From contig CBDCWG010000012.1 of NCBI GenBank assembly GCA_965223345.1, positions 192,001 to 256,000 on the forward strand: a stretch of 64,000 bases of DNA. Reading direction: 5' to 3'. Numbering within the stretch: the stretch's first letter is position 1; every line of letters starts with the position of its first letter. Below, in pieces: positions 49,197 through 58,200 of the stretch. The DNA comes from Nitrospinales bacterium (lineage in GTDB: Bacteria > Nitrospinota > Nitrospinia > Nitrospinales > VA-1). The notes under the pieces are model-generated. The model saw only the letters and a list, made by a program, of their open reading frames with translations. It searched no databases and was not told where the DNA came from. A program made the translations under genes and the position numbers.

Positions 49197-49628
49197 ATGC
49201 GAGCGATGGCCGCCGGTTTGAGCCTGTTTTTTCTGTCCCCAGCGCACGCCTCGTTCGCGGCGGAGCACCGGACCGATTCCAGCGGCGGGGCAATGTTCCG
49301 GCTCGTCCACGGGCCGGCCGGGCACGCGCAAAAAACTGAAAACAATGCGGTTGTCTCGCAAAACACCGCTCCCCGGTCCGCTCCGCAACTGGGCAACGGC
49401 GATAAAATCAAGCGGATGCAGGATCGGATGCTGGAGGACCCGGAGACGGTGCAAAAGATCCGCAACCTGGAAAACGATCCGCAGATGCAGCAAATCCTGC
49501 AGGACCCGGAACTCATGCGCGCCATCCAGCAGGGCGACCTCAACCGGCTGGTGCAGGACCCCAAATTCATGGAGCTCATGAACAACGAGACGGTCGAAGA
49601 GATCATCCAGAAGAATCAATCGCGTTGA
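49197..49628 (+). CDS. Exported STI1/DP-repeat protein
   Basis: Signal-peptide-like N-terminus; four Met/Gln-rich DP repeats (EDPE, NDPQMQQIL, QDPELM, QDPKFMELM); start uncertain. Confidence 0.68.
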   Translation: MRAMAAGLSLFFLSPAHASFAAEHRTDSSGGAMFRLVHGPAGHAQKTENNAVVSQNTAPRSAPQLGNGDKIKRMQDRMLEDPETVQKIRNLENDPQMQQILQDPELMRAIQQGDLNRLVQDPKFMELMNNETVEEIIQKNQSR

Positions 49629-49677
49629 AGCTTTTTACCCGGCCTCGCCGCCCTGAACTATTTTTATTGAAAGAATC

Positions 49678-50262
49678 ATGAATCAGCAATCGCCGAACAA
49701 TCTGATCTGGATGGATCTGGAAATGACGGGTCTGGACCCGGAAATCGAGACGATCATCGAAATCGCCACCATCGTCACCGACGGGGACCTCAACATCCTG
49801 GAAGAAGGGCCGTGCCTGGCGATCCACCAGAACGACGAGATCCTGAACCGCATGGACGAATGGAACACCCAGCACCACACCGCTTCCGGGCTGGTGGAGC
49901 GGGTGCGCAAATCGACCATCACCCTCAAGGAAGCGGAAAAGAGCACGCTCGAGTTCATCAAGCAATACTGCCCCGCCAACACGACGCCCCTGTGCGGCAA
50001 TTCGATCTCGCACGACCGCCGCTTTCTCGTCAAATACATGCGCAACCTGAACGACTACCTGCACTACCGCAACATCGACGTCACCTCGATCAAGGAGGTG
50101 GTGCGGCGCTGGTTTCCCAACGGCCCGAAATTTCCCAAGAAAAGCCAGGTGCACCTGGCCAGCGTCGATGTGCGGGAATCGCTGGAAGAACTCGTGTTCT
50201 ACCGCAAACATTATTTCTCCAACGGCACTCCGGAAACGGCCTCCCAGCCCGACGCACGCTGA
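49678..50262 (+). CDS. orn: Oligoribonuclease
   Basis: LIWMDLEMTGLDP, H..SGL, PLCGNSI..DRRFL, HYRNIDVTSIKE. Confidence 0.96.
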   Translation: MNQQSPNNLIWMDLEMTGLDPEIETIIEIATIVTDGDLNILEEGPCLAIHQNDEILNRMDEWNTQHHTASGLVERVRKSTITLKEAEKSTLEFIKQYCPANTTPLCGNSISHDRRFLVKYMRNLNDYLHYRNIDVTSIKEVVRRWFPNGPKFPKKSQVHLASVDVRESLEELVFYRKHYFSNGTPETASQPDAR

Positions 50263-50268
50263 ACGCTC

Positions 50269-50538
50269 ATGAACAAAGGCGCATTTCTCACCATCGGATT
50301 TCTGCTGTTCGTCAGCTACCTCTCCTTCACCCTCATCTGGACGGGCAACAAGTGGCAGTGCCACGTCTGCATCGTCTACAAGGACAAGGAAGTCTGCCAG
50401 GAGATCAAGGGCATGGAAAAAGAGGAAACGATGATGGTCGGCATCAGCACCGCCTGCGGCGGCGCCGCCAACGGCATGACCGAATCCATCGAATGCCAGG
50501 CCCAGCCCCCGACAAAAATGCAGTGCAAGGAGCTGTAG
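50269..50538 (+). CDS. Small membrane-anchored Cys-rich protein (89 aa)
   Basis: N-terminal TM helix, six Cys; 6 bp after the orn stop. Confidence 0.72.
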   Translation: MNKGAFLTIGFLLFVSYLSFTLIWTGNKWQCHVCIVYKDKEVCQEIKGMEKEETMMVGISTACGGAANGMTESIECQAQPPTKMQCKEL

Positions 50539-50655
50539 CTCCCCGCACCCCTGCCGCCACACTTTTCAGCGCGCACTACCGCGACCGTCGTTTCTCCACA
50601 AAAGCAAGCCTCGCGCAACACCCGCCGCTCCCTTCAGACATAGAGTAAAAAGCTC

Positions 50656-51023
50656 GACAGGATGAACAGGATGAAGGCTTGGGATAAAAGCAAGAAAAGG
50701 GAAGTCCCATCCTTTGTCATTTTTCTTTATCTTGTGATTGGCGTTGAACGATTGCCTCAGGTCTTGGACACTCTGCGTTCTTTGCGCCTTTGTGGTGATC
50801 TGATTTTTTGTTTTTTTTAGGATCAGCCGTTGTTCAAAGGTTTCTGGAAAAGCTTTTTTTTCAACGCAAAGGCGCAAAGAACGCAAAGAAAAACCGAAAC
50901 AGAGAAGCTAAAAAAAACCTCTCCCCTGGAGGGAGGTCAAGCAAAGCTCGCCACCCGCTCATTAAATACGGGAGGTGGCTTGGGTGAGGCGGATTCGTCA
51001 CCCTGAGCCTGTCGAAGCATGAC
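50656..51023. repeat. Intergenic cluster of short tandem and inverted repeats
   Basis: (ACAGGATGA)x2 at 50657-50674; 27-bp inverted repeat 50771-50797/50862-50888 (24/27 match); palindromes at 50917-50937, 50950-50979 and 50997-51023. Confidence 0.75.
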
Positions 51024-51075
51024 AAAGGTCCCGCAAGGAGAAGAAGGTTGAGGTGAGAAGGAATCAGCAAGACCT

Positions 51076-51561
51076 TCAAATTCCATCCACAGGGATGGCT
51101 TCGAGGAAGGCGATGTAGGCTACAGGCAGTCGCCAGTGGTGCGCGCCGCGCACCAGATGCGCTTTGTAGACCGCGCTGGTGGGATAGGTTTGCGTGGGGT
51201 TGTGAACCTGATACAGCTCCACCGTCCGTGTGTCGCCGTTGTTCCCGCTTTCCCACACCACGGTTTCTTTACGGCTGTACGCTCCGGCTTCCACTTGCCG
51301 TTGCGGGTCGTAGCCTTCGATGGCGTCCAGCGCGATGAATTCATCCGCATGCATGCGGTACACCACACCCCACACGCTTTGATCGTTGTCGGGAAGCACG
51401 TCGGCCACGCCGCAGCGCCGGTTGGCGCTGGGCGACCAGCGGGTGAACCCGAGGCGGTGGTTCTTCAGTTCGGCGACGCACACGAATTCAGCAGACGGGC
51501 AGCGCCTCTGCATCTGCGGCCAGTCGAGGTTGGAGCCGTAGGCGAAGTAAAGAACGGACAT
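51076..51561 (-). CDS. Gamma-glutamylcyclotransferase family protein
   Basis: LYFAYGSNL, VWGVVY, LDAIEG. Confidence 0.9.
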   Translation of the reverse strand: MSVLYFAYGSNLDWPQMQRRCPSAEFVCVAELKNHRLGFTRWSPSANRRCGVADVLPDNDQSVWGVVYRMHADEFIALDAIEGYDPQRQVEAGAYSRKETVVWESGNNGDTRTVELYQVHNPTQTYPTSAVYKAHLVRGAHHWRLPVAYIAFLEAIPVDGI

Positions 51562-51574
51562 TGGGTAAAGCGGG

Positions 51575-52288
51575 TCAGCCTGGCTCCCCGCACACGAGGT
51601 GGTAGACTTCCTGGTATTTTTCCTCGACGCTGCCGAGATCGAAGCGGAACCGGTCCTTGTCCATCTTCTCGCCGGTGTCCCAGTTCCACAGCCGGCATCC
51701 GTCCGGGCTGATCTCGTCGCCGAGCAGCACCTCGCCTTTGTGTCGGCCGAACTCGAGCTTGAAATCCACCAGCCGGATCTGCCTCTGCTTGAAAAATTCG
51801 AACATCAGCCGGTTGACGGTTTTGCCCTTCTCCTTGAGCAGCGCGATCTCTTCCTCGCTCGCCCAGCCGAAGGTGATGCAGTGCGAATCGTTGATCATCG
51901 GATCGTGCAGCGGATCGTTTTTGAGAAAAAACTCGAGGACCGGCGGTTCGAGCACCTTTTTTTCCTCGATGCCGAGGCGCTTGCACAGGCTGCCGGCGGC
52001 GACGTTGCGCAGCACCACTTCGACGGGAATGATGTCGAGCTTTTTCACCAGCATCTCGCGGTCGGAAAGCATCTCGACGAAATGCGTGGCGACGCCCTGC
52101 TCTTCGAGGTATTGAAAAATCCTGGTGGACACCTGGTTGTTGATGCCGCCTTTATCGACGATGGTGCCCTTCTTGACGCCGTCGAACGCGCTGGCGTCGT
52201 CCTTGAAATACTGGATCACCAGATCCGGGTCGTCGGTGGCGTAGATGATCTTGGCTTTGCCTTCGTAGAGTTTTTCCTGGCGTTTCAT
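51575..52288 (-). CDS. purC: SAICAR synthase
   Basis: LYEGKAK, FKDDASAF, IPVEVVLRN..GSL, LVDFKLEFG, DEISPDGCRLW, DKDRFR. Confidence 0.97.
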   Translation of the reverse strand: MKRQEKLYEGKAKIIYATDDPDLVIQYFKDDASAFDGVKKGTIVDKGGINNQVSTRIFQYLEEQGVATHFVEMLSDREMLVKKLDIIPVEVVLRNVAAGSLCKRLGIEEKKVLEPPVLEFFLKNDPLHDPMINDSHCITFGWASEEEIALLKEKGKTVNRLMFEFFKQRQIRLVDFKLEFGRHKGEVLLGDEISPDGCRLWNWDTGEKMDKDRFRFDLGSVEEKYQEVYHLVCGEPG

Positions 52289-52304
52289 GGTCTCCCCATT
52301 ATTT

Positions 52305-53597
52305 TCATCCAAACACGCGTTTGAAGATGGTGTTGACATTTTTAAACTGGTTTTTCAACTGCATGGCATTCTCGATTTCTTTCTGCGTCAGGTGCTGCTG
52401 GATTTCCTTGTCTTTTTTCAGCAGGGTGGAAAAATCCTTGCCCTGCTCCCACACCGGCATGGCGTTGCGCTGCACCAGGCGGTACGCGTCCTCGCGGCTC
52501 ACGCCCTTGCGGATCAGCGCCAGCATGACGTTCTGCGAAAACACGAGGCCGCGCGTCTGCTCGAGGTTTTTCATCATGTTTTCCGGATACACCACCAGGT
52601 TGTCGATCATCCGGGTCATGCGTTTCAGCATGTAGTGGATGAGGATGGTGCTGTCGGGCCCGATCACGCGCTCGACCGAGGAATGGCTGATGTCGCGCTC
52701 GTGCCACAGCGGCATGTTCTCCATGGCGGCGAGCGCGTTGGCGCGCACGACGCGCGACAATCCGGACATCTGCTCGGAAACCACGGGGTTGCGTTTGTGC
52801 GGCATGGCCGAGGACCCTTTCTGGCCGGCCGAGAAAAATTCCTCCGCCTCCAGAACCTCGGTGCGCTGCAGGTGGCGGATCTCGGTGGCGATCTTGTCCA
52901 GCGTCCCTCCCAGGATGGCGAGGGTGGTGAAATACTCGGCGTGCCTATCGCGCTGAATGATCTGGCTGGAGACGGGCGCGGGTTTGAGGCCCAGTTTTTT
53001 GCAGACGTGCGCCTCGACCGCCGGATCGACGCTGGCAAACGTTCCCATCGCGCCGGAGATCTGCCCGACGGCGATGCGCTGCCTGGCGCGCTTCATGCGC
53101 TCGATGTTGCGCTGGATCTCCTCGTACCAGATCGCGAGCTTCAGCCCGAAGGTGATGGGCTCGCCGTGGATACCGTGTGAGCGGCCGATCATCGGCGTGT
53201 TTTTGTGCTCGAGCGCGCGTTTCTTGATGGCGGCGGCGAAATGGGCGAGTTCCTTGAGGATGAGATTGGCCGCGTCCTTGAGCTGCACGGCAAACGCGGT
53301 GTCGAGCACGTCCGAGGAAGTCAGGCCCAGATGCAGGAAACGCGCGGATTCCCCGACGTTTTCGCCGACGCAGGTGAGGAAGGCGATCACGTCGTGCTTG
53401 ACCTCCTTTTCGATGGCTTCGATGCGCTCGATGTCGAAGCGGGCGTGCTTCTTGATGTCCTCCACCGCCGCGGCCGGAATTTCCTTACGCTCTGCGAGCG
53501 CCTCACAGGCCAGTATTTCGATTTTCAGCCAGACATTGAACTTGTGGGTCGGCTCCCAGATTGCCGCCATTTCCGGCAGCGTGTAGCGCTCGATCAC
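52305..53597 (-). CDS. purB: Adenylosuccinate lyase
   Basis: MIERYT, KHDVIAF, GRSHGIH, GSSAMPHKRNP, WHERDISHSSVER; GTG start. Confidence 0.97.
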   Translation of the reverse strand: MIERYTLPEMAAIWEPTHKFNVWLKIEILACEALAERKEIPAAAVEDIKKHARFDIERIEAIEKEVKHDVIAFLTCVGENVGESARFLHLGLTSSDVLDTAFAVQLKDAANLILKELAHFAAAIKKRALEHKNTPMIGRSHGIHGEPITFGLKLAIWYEEIQRNIERMKRARQRIAVGQISGAMGTFASVDPAVEAHVCKKLGLKPAPVSSQIIQRDRHAEYFTTLAILGGTLDKIATEIRHLQRTEVLEAEEFFSAGQKGSSAMPHKRNPVVSEQMSGLSRVVRANALAAMENMPLWHERDISHSSVERVIGPDSTILIHYMLKRMTRMIDNLVVYPENMMKNLEQTRGLVFSQNVMLALIRKGVSREDAYRLVQRNAMPVWEQGKDFSTLLKKDKEIQQHLTQKEIENAMQLKNQFKNVNTIFKRVFG

Positions 53598-53861
53598 GCT
53601 TCCATCCTCGCTGTATGGGGGTTCAAGATTGGGTTGCTGGGTGCAAAGCAGTTTTATACAATGATTTTTGCAGGTGACGCGCCAATCTTAAACGCAATCG
53701 CCAGCGAAATCAATCCCCGAGATCCCTTTCGCCCTGAATTCCGCAGGCCCCGGCCGGTGTCTGCGCATGGTGCCGGGAGGGGTTTTTTAGCAATTCCGTC
53801 GCGCCTCTTTCAGAATCCGCTTTGTTGCGAGAGGCGTGCGAGCGAAAGGTGTGAAGCCGGT

Positions 53862-54347
53862 ATGTATCGAGTCTGTTTTGTGTGTCTGGGAAACATCTGC
53901 CGTTCCCCCATGGCCCAGGGGGTGTTCGAAAAACTGGTGACCGAGCACGGGCTGCAGGACAAGATCGCCATCAGCTCGGCGGGCACGGGCGACTGGCATG
54001 TGGGCTCTCCGCCGGATTCGCGCGCGCAGAGCAAGGCGCGCCAGCACGGCGTCGTCCTCAACTCGCGCGCCCAACAGTTCGCGGCGGCGGATTTCCCGGA
54101 GCAGGACCTGATCCTGGCGATGGACCAGAGCAACCTCGATTCCCTGTTCCGCCTCTGTCCCGACCCGCGGCTTGCGGAACGGCTGCGGCTGTTCCGCTCC
54201 TTCGACCCGGACAGCAACGGCGATATGGACGTGCCGGACCCCTACTACGGTGGCGCCATGGGCTTCGACACGGTGTTTCAGATCATCGAGCGCACCTGTC
54301 CCGAGATCCTGAACTTCATCCGCGAACGCACCGGAATCCGGCCATGA
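53862..54347 (+). CDS. Low-molecular-weight protein-tyrosine phosphatase
   Basis: VCLGNICRSP P-loop, SSAGT, DVPDPYYG. Confidence 0.94.
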   Translation: MYRVCFVCLGNICRSPMAQGVFEKLVTEHGLQDKIAISSAGTGDWHVGSPPDSRAQSKARQHGVVLNSRAQQFAAADFPEQDLILAMDQSNLDSLFRLCPDPRLAERLRLFRSFDPDSNGDMDVPDPYYGGAMGFDTVFQIIERTCPEILNFIRERTGIRP

Positions 54348-55222
54348 ACGAGGTGATCCGCACCCTCCTGCAATCGGTGTTCGGCGAAGACATCGGCATT
54401 CAATCCTCCCGCGCGGTGGGCGGCGGCTCCATCAACCAGACGCAGATCCTCACCCTCTCCAACGGGGAAAAGGTGTTCCTGAAATACAACGCCCGCCCGC
54501 CCAAGGACCTGTTCCCGGCCGAATCGCGCGGACTCCAGCTTCTGCGCACCGCCAGGAACGGACCGCGCGTCCCCAAGCCGCTGGCGCTGGAGCCCGGAGC
54601 CTGCCCGCGCTATTTCATCCTCGAATACATCGAAGAGGGATCGCCCGCGGACGGGTTTTATCCGCGCTTTGCCGAAACCCTGGCCAACCTGCACCGCACG
54701 CACTGGGACCACCACGGCCTCGACTACGACAACTTCATCGGCTCGACGGTGCAGAAAAACACGCCGGAGAAAGACGCGCTGGTATTCTTTCGCGAACACC
54801 GCCTGCGGTTTCAGCAGGCACTGGCGCGTAAATCCGGTCTATTGCCCGCGGCGCTCGACAAAAAGATCGATGCGCTGTGCGAGAAGCTGGCGGACCTCAT
54901 CGATGTGACGGGCGAGAAGCCGGCGCTTTTGCACGGGGATCTGTGGTCGGGCAATTATTTCGCGTCTGCGGACCAGACTCCCTGCCTGTTCGATCCCGCC
55001 GCCTATTTCGGCCTGCGCGAATCCGACCTCGCGATGACCGAGCTTTTCGGCAGCTTGCCACAGGCCTTCTACAAGGCTTATGATGAGGTGCACCCGCTCA
55101 ATCCCGGTTACGGAGAAAGGAAGGACCTGTACAACCTGTACCACCTTCTCAACCATCTCAATCTCTTTGGAAACGCCTACCTCGGTTCGGTCGAGACCCT
55201 CGTTCACCGGTACACGCGCTGA
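54344..55222 (+). CDS. Fructosamine kinase family protein
   Basis: VGGGSIN, FLK, LLHGDLWSGN, FDPAAY, DLAMTELFG, LYHLLNHLNLFG; ATGA overlap with the phosphatase. Confidence 0.93.
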   Translation: MNEVIRTLLQSVFGEDIGIQSSRAVGGGSINQTQILTLSNGEKVFLKYNARPPKDLFPAESRGLQLLRTARNGPRVPKPLALEPGACPRYFILEYIEEGSPADGFYPRFAETLANLHRTHWDHHGLDYDNFIGSTVQKNTPEKDALVFFREHRLRFQQALARKSGLLPAALDKKIDALCEKLADLIDVTGEKPALLHGDLWSGNYFASADQTPCLFDPAAYFGLRESDLAMTELFGSLPQAFYKAYDEVHPLNPGYGERKDLYNLYHLLNHLNLFGNAYLGSVETLVHRYTR

Positions 55223-55250
55223 GCGTTTCCATGCGAGTGGAGGAATTCCC

Positions 55251-58200
55251 ATGCGTTCTCTGTCCTTTGCCGCGGGGCGGCCTGCTGTTTCCCTCTTTCT
55301 CTATTTCCTGTTTATCACGATCCTGCTTGCACTCAACGCACCGGCTCTGAGCGCCGCGCCCGCCGATTACCAGCGCCTGAAAGCCGAGGCGGAAAAATTC
55401 TATCGGCAGGGTTCCTTCGCGAAAGCGCACAAGCTGTACGCGCAGACCAACGCGCTGGAGCTGGATCTCAAAGAACGACGCTGGGTGGATTTCAGGATCG
55501 CGGACACGCTGTGGCGCGAACAGGCGGCGACGAAACAAGCCGACGCCTCGGCGTTCGACCGGGCGCGGCGGCAGCTCGACTTTCTCATCCGCGACATCAC
55601 GCGCGAAGAAGAAAAGGACCGGGTGTGGGCGGAGGTGCACGAATCGCTGGGGGATTTCTGGTGGCTGCGCTCCAGATCGAAAAACTGGGGCCAGGGCTGG
55701 ACGCATTACCAGAAAGCCCTGGACTGGTGGGCGGGGGCGAAGGACATCGAGCTGGCGCGCACGCGCTATCTCGGCATGGTCTGGAACATCGCCAGCCCGC
55801 ACTGGCGCGAGCCGTATTACTACTACGGGTATTACGGCAACATGCTTCCGGTCGCCATCGTGGAGAACGCGCTGAAAATTTCAAAGAGCGAACAGGACCG
55901 GGTGCGGGCGCAGTACCTGCTCGCCATGACGCTCAAGCAGCGGGGCGGATGGGAACAGCGCGAGCGCGTTCCCGAGGCGTTCGAGGCGGTGATCGCCGCG
56001 GGCAAAACCTTCGAGTGGTACGACGACGCGCTGTTTCAATACGCGGAGTGGCTGAACAACCAGGGCAACGTCGTCGTGCTGGAGAACGGCGGGCAGCGGC
56101 AGGAACGGGATCACGTGAAAGCACTCAAACTGTACCGGCGGCTGGTGCGGGAATTCAAAAAAGGCGAGACGCGGCATTTCGATGCGGCCCAACGCCGGAT
56201 CGAAACCATCACCAAGCCGGTGCTGAACCTCAGCGTCGGCCATGTGTTCGTGCCCGATTCGGAAATCGAGGTGCGCCTGCACTGGCGCAACGTCGAGAGA
56301 GCGGGGCTGGCGCTGTATGCGGTGGACCTGACGCGCGATGTGAATTTCGAGAAGGACAAGGGCGCGCACGACTGGATCCACCAGATCAACCTGCGTCTGA
56401 AAAAGAAATTCACCTCCTGGAGTGAGGACACCGAGGACGACGGCAAACACAAGCCGGGACAGAAAACCATCGCCTTCAAAAAGAAACTGCCGCCGGGCGC
56501 TTACATCTTGGAAGCGACGGGAGGCGGCGCGCGCGCCCGCGACCTGATCCTCGTCACGGAAGCGGCGCTGGTGCTCAAAACCACGGGCAAGCAGGCTCTG
56601 GTCTACTTCTGCGACGCGATGAGCGGCGCGCCGATCGCAAACGCACGGGTCGCGCTCTGGGAGCGTCACTACACCGGCCGCAAATGGGTGTGGTCGGACC
56701 GCACGGCGCAGACCGACGCCGACGGGCTGGCGCGTTTCGAGCTGAAGGATTCGCGCCACAGCGAAGAACTGTTCGCCGCGGCTCTCGAGAGCGACCGGCA
56801 GGCCTTCGGCATCGGCCACAACCGCCGCTATCATCTCGACCGGGCGCAGTGGAAACTGTACGCCTTCACTGACCGGCCCGCCTACCGGCCCGGCGAAACG
56901 GCCGAGTGGAAACTCACCGCGAGGACTTACGACGGCTCGCTGTATTCGACGCCGTCCGGCAGCACGGTGGAATACAAGATCACCGACCCGAAAGGCGCGA
57001 AGGTGGCCGAAGGTGCTTTGAAGCTCAACGATTTCGGCAGCGCCTGGAGCGAGCTCGCGCTGACCGAAACCATGCCGCTGGGAACGTACCGCGTGAGCTT
57101 CTGGATCGAGGGCAGGAAAAAACACATCGGCGACGCTTCGTTGTTCGCCCTGGAGGAATACAAGCTGCCGGAATTTTCGGTGCGCGTGGCGACGCCCGAG
57201 GAAGACGACAAAAAGAAATCGTTCCAGCTCGGAGACAAAGTAACGGTCGATATCGACGCGGAATACTATTTCGGCGGGCCGGTGGCCAACGCGAACGTGG
57301 AGGTGTTTCTCTACCAGCGCCCGTTTTATCCGGCATGGCGGCCCGAGCGGCCCTATCCCTGGTACTACGAGGACCGCACGCCGCGCCATTGGGGCGGCCG
57401 GGGGCAGCAGATGCAGCGGCAGGTGCTCAAAACCGATCCGGAGGGGCGGGCGCGTTTCAGTTTCGACACGAAGCGCAGCGGGCAGGACCTGGAATACACG
57501 ATCGAGGCACGCGTGACCGACGCCTCCAGAAGGGAGATCGTCGGCCGCGGCAGCGTGCGCGTGACGAAACAGAAATACTACGTCTACCTGAATCCCAAGC
57601 ACCGCATCTACCGGCCGCAGGACCGGCTGGACACCGAGATCAAATCCCTGGATGCCAACGATCAGCCGGTGCAGGCGGCGGGGGAGATCCGCGTGACGCG
57701 GGATTTCTGGTTCGAGATCTGGATCGATCCGCAAGGACGCGAGGTGCAGGGTGCGGCGCTCGAGGCGGCGCGCAAGGCGAGCATTGTGTTCCCGCCGCCG
57801 CCCCCGGTTCCCGGTGGTCCCTCCTGGCGTTTGAAATTCCGCGGCTACCAGCACGACGAAATCCTCAAGCAGCGGGTGGCGACCAACGCGGAGGGGGAAG
57901 CACTGTTCACTTTCACGCCCGAGCGCGAGGGCTATTACCGCATCGCGTTCACCAGCGAGGAGAAACACCGCGTTCCCATCAAGGCGGAAACGACGGTCTG
58001 GGTGGCGACGGGCGACACAGCGCATCTGGGCATGCGGCCGGGCGGGCTTCAGATCATCGTCGATAAGGACACCTTTCAGGCCGGTCAAACGGCTCCGGTC
58101 ATGCTGGTGGCGCCTGCGAGCGGCCGTCACGTTCTGTTCAGCGTCGAAGGGGACGACCTGTTGAGCCACCGGCTGGTGCATCTCACCGGATCGGTGAAAC

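Noticed and set aside
50656..51023. CRISPR array
   Set aside because: No series of direct repeats separated by unique, similar-length spacers; no cas genes
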